Assembly: GCA_036785375.1 (NCBI GenBank)
Contig: JAWMAR010000009.1
Location: forward strand, 8,928,001 to 8,992,000
Source: Leucoraja ocellata
Taxonomy: Eukaryota
Direction: 5' to 3'
Length of the DNA stretch: 64,000 nt
Part shown: piece by piece, positions 50,020-59,541 of the stretch
Layout: every line of letters starts with the position of its first letter
Numbering within the stretch: position 1 is the first letter of the stretch
Notes under the pieces: model-generated
Told to the model about the DNA's origin: nothing
Seen by the model: only the letters and a program-made list of their open reading frames with translations
Databases searched by the model: none
Program-made: the position numbers and the translations under genes

Positions 50020-50280
50020 CAAGTCGGGGTTTAGGCGGCGACTCCGTGTGTGGATCCGGAGCCAGGCGGGTCGGGGGGCCGGCGGTGGGCAGTGCGCAGG
50101 CGCGGCGGTGGGCAGACGGCGGCCGTTTCGCTGCTCGGTGTGAGGGAAGGAGGAGGCGGAGCGGCCCCGACCCTCACACACACACCCACACACAACCCAC
50201 CGAGCCATAGACGCACCAACGGAACCGGCGGCGTCGCCATCGCCACTCCCCAACCCCACGCTCACGCCACGATCTGCTGG
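50020..50280 (+). other. DDX42: Putative non-coding exon 1 of DDX42 (5' end approximate)
   Basis: GC-rich segment ending in a TGG|gtaagg donor; the next exon has an acceptor 7 nt before the ATG. Confidence 0.6.
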
Positions 50281-50420
50281 GTAAGGTGTTAAACTCCGGC
50301 GATGTGCTTTTCCAGTGGTCAGGCTTCTCGGGCCTACTTCTGTTCAAGGCCTAGAGTGGCGCTTGGTCAGCCCACCCCAACCTCAGGCGCCCCACAATAC
50401 CTCCCATCTCCACCATCAGT

Positions 50421-50448
50421 CTGAAGAAGGGTCTAGACCCGAAACGTC
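50421..50448 (+). ncRNA. Minimal hammerhead ribozyme motif (best-preserved copy) in a Penelope-like pLTR (~50390-50550), DDX42 intron 1
   Basis: CTGAAGA-A-GGGT(CTAG)ACCC-GAAAC-GTC. Confidence 0.6.
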
Positions 50449-51559
50449 ACCTATTCCTTCTCTCCAGACATGCTGCCTGCCCCGCTGAGTTACCCCAACA
50501 TTTTGTGTCATCTTTGGGTTTAAACAGGCATCTACAGTTCCTTCCTACACATCCACAGCCCGGCAGCGGTTCCACTCCCACTTCACTCCTGGCAGTGAAC
50601 ATAAGGTAGGCAAGGGCAGGGAAGGAACGTGGTACCATAGAAGTATACTGCAGGGTTAGAAGAAGGGTTTCGACCTGAAACATCACCCATTCCTTCTCTC
50701 CCGAGATGCTGCATATCCCGCTGAGTTACTCCAACATTTTGTGTCTATCTTCGATGTAAACCAGCATCTGCAGTTCCTTCCTACGCATGATATTGTCGGT
50801 TCCACAACAAATATAAAAACATATTGGCACGAAAGAGAAATCATATGGTCCGTGTGCCAGTACTACTTCCTTATTTCACAGCAAACACATTTCTAAAACT
50901 TCCAACCAAAAATGTAGGTGGAGAAATGCCACTAAAAGGAAAATACTATCCAGCACGATCACATGTAAACATGATCCTCTTGCAACCTACCCCCCCCCCC
51001 CCCCTTCCCGGGGGCATTGGACTTTGTCTACTAGGCTACAATGCAGAGAACTATTTTCTGTATGTGCCTTCCTTTTGTTGTATCTATTATACTTGAGGTT
51101 GAACTGACTATATGGTATATCTTATCTGTTTGGATAGCATGCAAAACAAAGCAGTTTGCAGTACCTCTGTACATGTGATGATAATAATAAACCTAAACTC
51201 AATGTTGTTGCTTTGTAAAAATCTTAATGTTTCAATGCTCTGCTCCACTGAGTACTATTATGTAATATACTATAGTATGTATATATATGTTTATATATAG
51301 TATAGTGAGTAACATACATTATGTCTTGTGAATCCATCCTAGTATGTCGTACCTATATAATTAGCTGCCTACCAGCAGTTCTGATCAATCTACATTATCA
51401 CACTAATAATTTTTTGTTAATTGTCATAACTGATGATGTAGAATAGTATTTTTCTTAACATTTGCATTCTGGTGAGCAGCTGCTATGTAATCTCTTGCCT
51501 TTTTAATGTACAGGGTATATTTCCTTTTTCTCATTTCAAACGTATTTATCCAGGGCTTT

Positions 51560-51805
51560 GAGGAAAAGCATTTTCATGCAGAGAGTTGTGAATCTGTGGA
51601 ATTATCTGCCTCAGAAGGCAGTGGAGGCCAATTCACTGGATGCATTCAAAAGAGAGTTAGATAGAGCTCCTAGGGCTAGTGGAATCAAGTAGTATGGGGC
51701 AAAGGCAGGAACGGGGTACTGATTGTGGATGATCAGCCATGATCCATTTGAATGGCGGTACTGGCTCGAAGCACTGAATGGCCTCCTGCATCTATTGTCT
51801 ATGTA
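51560..51805 (+). mobile_element. CR1-type LINE 3' end
   Basis: QRVVNLWNYLPQKAVEA remnant and 3' UTR. Confidence 0.85.
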
Positions 51806-51811
51806 TAATAA

Positions 51812-52107
51812 TATATTTTATTGGCATTGCACAGAGGTACAACGAGATTTGGTATGCAGTTTCCATCCAATGTAATAACTTAATTAGCTTAAAATATAGA
51901 CACCCAGAGAAACATGATTTAAAAAAAAAAAAAAAATTAAAACACTATAAAGCGCAAATAAACATGATCCTCTGTGCAGGCTCGATGTGCGACGTGACTA
52001 TCCGAGGGAGACAGTTCATGCAAGGGCCGGTTCAGAGCAGCTATAGCTCTGGGGATGAAGCTGTTCCTAAGTCTGGAGGTGCGGGCGTAGAAGGCCTTGT
52101 AACGTAT
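51812..52107 (-). mobile_element. Rex1/Babar-like LINE 3' end
   Basis: Minus strand RYKAFYARTSRLRNSFIPRAIAALN and terminal AATAAA. Confidence 0.7.
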
Positions 52108-52235
52108 CTATGTATTCTGAAATTGTGAGAGATGGACTAAAGGGCCCTTTTCTATATGTCATGTAAGATGAATCTATGATTTCAAAGTTTTATGAAGTTT
52201 CAGTAATTCTCATTTTGTGTTTATGCAGCTAAACA

Positions 52236-52453
52236 ATGAATTGGAACAAAGGAGGTGGTGGTGCAAAGAGGGGTTTTGGTTTTGGTGGCTTTGCTATTGC
52301 TACGGGGAAGAAGGAAGAACCAAAACTACCAAAGACATCACACTCTGTATTCGGTTCACTGGGGCCAGGAGGTTATGGAAAAACCCAACCAGCTCAGACA
52401 CCTTGCTTCTATAAAGTAGGATCTAAGCGGCCAAACTTCGATGAAGAAAATGC
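52236..52453 (+). CDS. DDX42: DDX42 coding exon 1 (MNWNKGGGGAKRGFGFGGF...KRPNFDEENA)
   Basis: Diagnostic DDX42 N-terminus; acceptor at 52228/52229, GC|gtgagt donor. Confidence 0.95.
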
Positions 52454-53180
52454 GTGAGTATTTTAAGGAGCTGTTTGCTGATTGTGATCACAATTCAAAT
52501 GGGAATATGTGAATGAAATAACTTAATTACTTCCAAGAGCAAGGATTGTGACTAGGAAGGAACTGCTGATGCTGGTTTAAACCGGATAGTCACAAAATGC
52601 TGCGTAACTCAGCGGGATAGACAGCATTTCTGGAAAGAAGGAATGGGTGACGTTTCGGATCAAGACCATCCTTGTGACTGACTAGTTTGAAATTCACGGC
52701 TGAAAATTATTTTCATTTCGTTCTTTAAAATGTTTAGTTCTGCATTGTGTATCGTGTGTGGTCTTTTCCCCTTATCATTTCCTGGATACAATAGATAATG
52801 CCTGTACGTGAAGGTAATCAATGCAAGCTGGGCACCTATATCATAGTAATATATGTTTTTAGTATATTAATCATTCAATATCTTCAATGAGAATTTCAGA
52901 GGGAAAAGATAAACCATTTCCAGAGATATTTTGCTAAATTGCGAGCTGAAAATTGGAAGATACTTTTAATGTGGAGAAATGCAAAGATAATTAGTGGGAA
53001 TATATAGGGAATAGTGTGTAATATGGGGTGTAATAGAGGAGAGTGAGGTGAGTCACAGGCTGAAACCATCCAAATAATGAATCCACACTTCTACTTTAAG
53101 CTTGCATCTAGTTCTCATCAACTTATTTTTAATTACTGCTAGTATTAAGAAATCTTTACTCTGTTGCTTGGATCGTCTAG

Positions 53181-53343
53181 GTATTTTGAAGATGATGATG
53201 ATGAAGAAGACAGTTCAGCCAATGTTGACTTGCCCTACATACCTGCAGAAAACTCTCCAACCAGACAACAGTTCGCCAGTAAAGCTGAGGACCTTGAAGA
53301 CAGTGAAGAGGACCCTTTGGATGCGTATATGGCTGAAGTGGAG
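53181..53343 (+). CDS. DDX42: DDX42 exon (YFEDDDDEEDSSANVDLPYIPAENSPTRQQF...EEDPLDAYMAEVE)
   Basis: 163 nt, tctag/gtgatt; phase-consistent; conserved DPLDAYMAEV. Confidence 0.95.
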
Positions 53344-53867
53344 GTGATTTAAAATTGCTAATTTTTGCTTTAATTTGGTCGTGGTCATTGATATTTGCAA
53401 CATATACTTTTGCACGTCCAGAAATTCCATTATGTCCATTGACTGTGTAGCAGAAACATAGGCTGCTGGCAAGTGAGACATTCCTACTGCATTTCAAAAT
53501 GTATAGTTAGCTGCGGTCACAGACTAAAATTTACGCCAATGTAATGTAATCCCATTTCTCAATGGCCTCAAATGAGAGAATTAATTTACACAATTATTTA
53601 TTATTCAGCTGCTGGCTGCCTATAACTGTATTACTTCAAGTAATGGAAGTAGACTGAACATGAGTTTATTGTATCGACTTTTGAAGTGACTTGAAAAAAA
53701 AATCTTTGCTTCGGTTGGACAGAGATGTGTCCAACTGATTTTACAAACTCTAATCAAGATAAAAATGTCAATTTAACTGAGCCGGCAGTTTCATATAGGG
53801 TCATTTTACTTTATGTCTATGTACACTAGTTACTGGGTCTTGACTTCCCATGCTTACTTCATGTAAA

Positions 53868-53959
53868 AACCTCATCTGAGACGGAATCACACTGATTCTA
53901 GACCAGAGGCATCAACCCAATTAGCTATCATGCGATGTGAACCCGTCTCAGATGAGGTT
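53868..53959. repeat. 24-bp inverted repeat (hairpin) in a DDX42 intron
   Basis: aacctcatctgagacggaatcaca vs tgtgaacccgtctcagatgaggtt, 22/24 pairs. Confidence 0.85.
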
Positions 53960-54670
53960 CACCTTGTGTGTACCCTGTTTCTATTGGTTTTAAGGGTACA
54001 TTCCACTTTTCATTTACTGTTAGTTGAGCTATCCAACATATAGGCAACTAAATCTCAGTTAATTGAGCACTTTTGGGACTTTGGTGCAGAACTCACGGTT
54101 GTTCTAGAGTGTGTGATGTTATTCTATTAATCTTCCTAGAAGAATGTATTTTATTTTTTTTACAATGTTACATCATGGAATGATATTTTTCCAGTGACCC
54201 TGGTAAATATGAAGCAAGCGAGGAGAAATGGTACCAGGTGAGTTTAAAGGGAGCAGGAGAACCAGGGGCATGGGCAAATGCAAGGGGAATATTGGAACCA
54301 AGGTACCAGATGAAAAGAATGGGAGAACAACATCAATTGGTGAGCCATGCTCTGTACCATTGGAATTTCGAAGATCTTGATAGTGCATTATTATTTACTG
54401 CACTTGCAAATTTTAAATGTTAAATCTCCCAGTTCCTGTATATTGCAATAATAGATATTGTAGAACTTGCAGTGTGGCAAATATGTCGAAACCAGAACTG
54501 AACATCTGATTATGGGTGGCGCAGCTAGAAGAGCTGCTTTCTAACTGCTCATGTGAGCCAGGTTCACTTCTGACCTTGCAGACTTCACACAGACAGCAGC
54601 CAAGTTCTTCCTGTGGCCACATATGTGATTCCAGTTATTCTGTTTTCTCCCACGTTATGGTTAGTGGGTT

Positions 54671-54770
54671 TCTCTCCTCCTCTCCAGAGATGATGCCTGA
54701 TCCGCTGAGTTACTCCAGCATTTTGTGTCTACCTTTGATTTAAACCAGCATCTGCAGTTCTTTCCTTCAC
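54671..54770 (+). mobile_element. Penelope-like 3' fragment nested in a SINE, 14-bp TSD ATGGTTAGTGGGTT
   Basis: TSD at 54657-54670 and 54771-54784. Confidence 0.75.
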
Positions 54771-55252
54771 ATGGTTAGTGGGTTAATTGGCTGCAGTTAA
54801 TTTCCCCTAGTTTATAGATGAATGGTGGAATGTAGAGATCAGTTTTTTAAATGGGCGCTTGATGGTTAGCTTGGTCTTGGTGGGCAGAGGAGACTGTTTC
54901 CATGCTGTGTGAGACTATGACACTATGACTGCCATTTCTGACCATCACCAACGTCTCTACTCCAAAGTTATATGTACAAAATAAGCCCTTCAGCCCAACT
55001 CATCAATGATAACCAATATTTCTTCCAAAACCATTTCTGTTTGCCTGCATTTGATCATTTCCTTCTAAACCTTCCCTTGCTAAGAACGAGTCCAAATATA
55101 TTTAATTGGTGCAATAGTACTTGCTTCTTCTATGTCCTCTAGCAGCTTAAACTGAATCGCATTCATTGATGTAACTGACACGATGCACCAAGTAATTTGA
55201 CAGCCAGAAATTGAACAGTGTAATGATACCTTGTTTTTTTTTTTCTCGCTAG

Positions 55253-55314
55253 GATCAAGCAGCAAAAGATATTAAAAGACTCGATGAAAAGGAGTGCGAG
55301 AAGAAAAATGCCAA
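55253..55314 (+). CDS. DDX42: DDX42 exon (DQAAKDIKRLDEKECEKKNAK)
   Basis: 62 nt, polypyrimidine-ctag/gtaaga. Confidence 0.92.
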
Positions 55315-56311
55315 GTAAGAACCATTTTTATTCTAAGTCTTAATTTTGCACAAGCTCATTTGTAATTACATTGTTGAGGTAATTGAGTTTACAATTCACT
55401 AATCAGCCCTAATTAACTTACCTCGACTACCTTACATTTTATCTATAAAGAAAAAGTGAAACAAGACAAAGTTGACAACTCTTGACAAGCCCAATTTGTG
55501 ACTGATCATAGAAAATGGCCAAACAATTAAAAGTATTGCTAAAATTCTTCTGTGATTAAGATTTGGCTATCTTGGGCTGAAGTCGTAAAGCAAAGACATG
55601 TTGAAAAGATGTTTTGCAGTCCAAGATGAATACTTCAGTATATCATAATCTATAAATCATATCTACCATACATACCCTCAACGTTCCTTTAGTATTAATG
55701 GTAGATTTAATCATGCAGCAAGGGTAGCTGGGAATACTTTCTATTTTAAAAAAATGACAGTAAGTTTTGAAATGCAAATTAAGAATCGACTTGGTTGAAA
55801 ACATAAGCTTAGAATTTGATCACATGAAATAAGTAATATTACAGTTGCCAAGATTTGCAGCTGACCGATAACAATTTGTTTGAGGAACACTTTTTGGATT
55901 TCTTTCAATTTAAGCATTATTATGAAATTAATATTATTTCTTGCATCTGCATTTAACCGTAGTAGATGTAATTTAAGAATATTATGTGTTACCTATATGG
56001 AATGTCATTGTATTAAACAAAAGAAATGAAGCGCTGGAATTATTTTGTAGAATACATTTTATATATAATGAAAATTGGTTTATTTCTAAAGATGCTGCAT
56101 GGAAAAGTCTATGTTATTGGAAAAATTGTGAACACAAAAGTCAGTTTTATATTTTGTCTCTGATTTTAAAACAGGAACAAAGTTTATAAAAGATTATCAA
56201 GAAAATAGGAACTTCTAGGTGTATTCACTGTGATCATTTCATGCTTTGCTGCATTCACGCTGGGTCTGTTGAACACTTGTAGGGAGTTGGTTTTTCCCTT
56301 TGTTTTTGCAG

Positions 56312-56348
56312 GGGTATAAGGGATGACATTGAAGAGGAAGATGACCAT
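56312..56348 (+). CDS. DDX42: DDX42 exon (GIRDDIEEEDDH)
   Basis: 37 nt, ttgcag/gtgagt. Confidence 0.92.
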
Positions 56349-57456
56349 GTGAGTTCTTGTACTGTCTTTATACCAAAAATAATAATTAATTGTTGTGTAT
56401 CCACTGTAGCCTTTAGTTTGTCTCAATTCTTAGTATGCAGCCACAATCTGATGAAGATGCCTACCTTATTCTATTTAGTAACATTGGGATTCTTCCATTG
56501 TTTGCATCTGCATACTGGAACTGGATTCTACTATCCAGCTTTTGTTGGGTCTCTTTTTTTAACGGATAAACTCCCTTACAGCTAGACATCTAGGGGGGTG
56601 GGTGTAGGGGTTAGGGGGGAGGGTTAGGGGGTAGGGGGGGGGGGGGGGGTTAGGATGTTGAAGGACAGACTAGAGTTCAATTTCTAACTGTGCCCAAAAT
56701 TGACAAAACAACCAAATTAGCCCTTCTTCATAAGTTTGTTCTAATCCTATACTTTTACAGTTATCAGTGCACCACTTTCCTGTGAGATGTTTTGACCATG
56801 CTACTACTCATCATTGAAATGAATTCTTTGCTTTGTGAAAATGATTAATATATTAATTAGTAGCCATATCAATGACTTGGTGCTAACTCTAGGCTGCAGT
56901 GGAAGGAAAAATTCTGTATAATTAAAATGACTGAAAATGTTTTATTTCTTTTAATTGGGAAGTGTAATAGGTTTTCACAATTTTTTTTATCAGCACCTAA
57001 ATGCTATTCCTTATCTTTTGGGGGGGCTCTATTAATGCAACTTGTTTGCAATTTCTCCCACTGCCGTTCTTATGTTGATGAGTAAATTGTATATCTCTCA
57101 ATATTGATAGCAGTTTCGGATGTGGCTTTCATAATTTATGAAATCACAGATGTAATTAAAGATGTGATTGACTCACTGCATACATTTAAGACAGTAGTTT
57201 TATAGCGGGTCCTTGTAATGCTTTTTAATGAACTTTCAAATGCAAATGGTAGAAATTCTTCCTGATCTGGTAGTCTTGTATCTCTCCTCGGAAGAATGCA
57301 TTAGTGCTTCCTTTACCCTGCCATATATTTTCAAATGCCATGCTTTAAGTAGAAAAATAAGAAGGAAAAGTGAACATGGAATATAAATTAAAAAATGAAG
57401 CCTGCAAATTGGGAGTGGTGGGTGAAAGATGGAGGTGTGTGTGTGTCTGTCTGTGT

Positions 57457-57482
57457 CAGAGAGAGAGAGAGAGAGAGAGAGA
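57457..57482. repeat. (GA)n microsatellite
   Basis: Read directly. Confidence 0.95.
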
Positions 57483-58465
57483 AAATCCAAGAGTGGGAGG
57501 CAAGTGAAACCAAAATAATGAGCACGGGGAGCTGAATGAAAGAATGACCTAAAAGCAAGTGTGAAAATAATATTTGAATCATTGCTAAAGAAGAAGCAAC
57601 TGAGATGAGACAAACAAAAGAGATGGGGATGGTTCAGACTGAATTCCTGAGATATAAGTGATATAATTATGAAAATAATCTAAAATCAATATTTGTTATT
57701 ATAAACTGAGAAAAAGTTATCACATTGCATTGCTGCCATTATTAAATGAGTCCAAAGCGCTTGATGTCAGTTGACTGCAGTGCCACTGGAGTAAGGCCAA
57801 ACTCTGCTCAGATTCAAGCTCATTATTGTAAAACTTGCTGATATTTGCAGTAACTGATTTACAGATATATTTGATTTGGTGGTTCTCAGATATTTGCTCT
57901 CCTAAAACAGTCAATGGTTTTGTCACCAGAACAGCTGATCTTCCATACCCGGACACGCAATCTTTATTCTACATTGCCACATGCATGCACTGATTTTCTG
58001 GTTCATAAGAAGCAGTAAAACCCAGGAAAATTTGTATTTGAAGGGAGTATAGGTAAGATGAATTTGTGGATGAAAATGAATTAGCAGAGAAAAGACAGAG
58101 AACACCAAATACACATTTTTAAAAAAAAAAAGAAGAAAAATGTCCAGGGTGCACGTGATACTCGGGGAATTGCAAGCTTTAATAGGGTGATTTCCCCTCT
58201 CTGTATGTGAAATGCATTTAGGAAATAGAAGTTAATGGCCACTGTGACACTTCAGATTAATGTCCATGCGAGTCCCTTTCAAATTATTTTTATGTAGCTC
58301 CTACTATTGTGTATTAGCTATTCTGTCATTGATCCATTTAGTGAATACTGTTTGAACACCATTGTATTTTCAAGGAAATTGATGTAGGTTTATGGAAAGC
58401 TCAGTGTAATGAGCTTTCTCAGCGTTCTCTCTCCAGTTTGACTTGTGGATTACATTTTTGTGCAG

Positions 58466-58612
58466 GAAGCCTATTTTCGCTACATGGCTGAAAATCCTAA
58501 TGCTGGTGTGGTTCAGGAGGAGGAGGATGATATTGACTATGATAGTGACGGCAATCCCATACCTCCACAGAAGAAAGCGATTGATCCATTACCTTCCATT
58601 GACCATACTGAG
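58466..58612 (+). CDS. DDX42: DDX42 exon (EAYFRYMAENPNAG...IDPLPSIDHTE)
   Basis: 147 nt, gtgcag/gtaagt. Confidence 0.95.
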
Positions 58613-59436
58613 GTAAGTAAAAACCTGAAGAGATTCCAAGTCGTGTAGCATTTGGTCATCAGGGTGAATTGAATGTGAGCCTTCTGAATACAAATAGCTG
58701 CTGTTGGAGCCCTCTACCCTATGTAATGGTTTAATTTTTTTATTATAGTTTTGAACATATCCTAATGGTTTTTTTACAATATCATACTAGGAAATATATT
58801 TTTGTTGGGTATTTTCAAAGTGTGCACACAGCTCTCTAGAAAATTGTCCCTGCAAATGTTTGAGAATTTCTCCAACTTTTCTGAATTCTTTGCCTTTACA
58901 GTAAATTTGAGCTGTTGGTGAAGAGTTGATTTATTTCTTTAAAATAATATTCTTTATCACTTTGAACTCTCTTGCCCAAACCCTATCCCAACCCAACTTT
59001 GGATTAAATAGCAAGCTGAATGATGAGCAGTTCAGTGATAGAGAGTTGAAAACTGATAGAAAGCGCAAAAAAACAAAAGCATCAAGAGAGAACTTCCTTA
59101 AGGTGGAAGCACTTTATATCAATTCAATTCATCCAGACTGCCAGTGCCAGTGCTGTAATTACTTCATTGTTATTTTTAAATATATTTGGATTTTGGAGAG
59201 TTTGCCTTATTCAATGTAATGGTGCCAAATCTTCAAAGTATGATAAATCTTTTTCATTCATAATGTTTCTAAATTGAGTTATTTTAGAAAATTGTGGCAT
59301 GTTGCTATATAACTACAACGTCAAGGGAATGGAAGAAAGATAAATAATTTACAAAGATAAATATTTCTTAGATTCTGATCCTTTGCCATTCTTTAAATTG
59401 AGCTAATTGAGACCGATAACTTGTGGTTCCTCTTAG

Positions 59437-59541
59437 ATCGAGTACCAGCCATTTGAAAAGAATTTCTACATTGAACACGATGAGTTAGCAAAGCTATCGC
59501 TCGAACCTCTAGATGAACTCCGGCAGAAGCTGAATTTGAAA
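59437..59541 (+). CDS. DDX42: DDX42 exon (IEYQPFEKNFYIEH...LRQKLNLK)
   Basis: 105 nt, tcttag/gtaagt; FEKNFY motif. Confidence 0.95.

Larger units (their letters stand above)
49300..50330. promoter_or_regulatory. CpG-island bidirectional promoter shared by STRADA and DDX42
   Basis: High CpG density; divergent splice donors at 49560 (-) and 50281 (+); CRE-like TGACGTC (~49657), CCAAT (~49698), TCGCGA (~49944). Confidence 0.75.

Noticed and set aside
49297-50292. Several ORFs in the STRADA/DDX42 CpG island
   Set aside because: GC-composition artefacts; both genes initiate translation in downstream exons.
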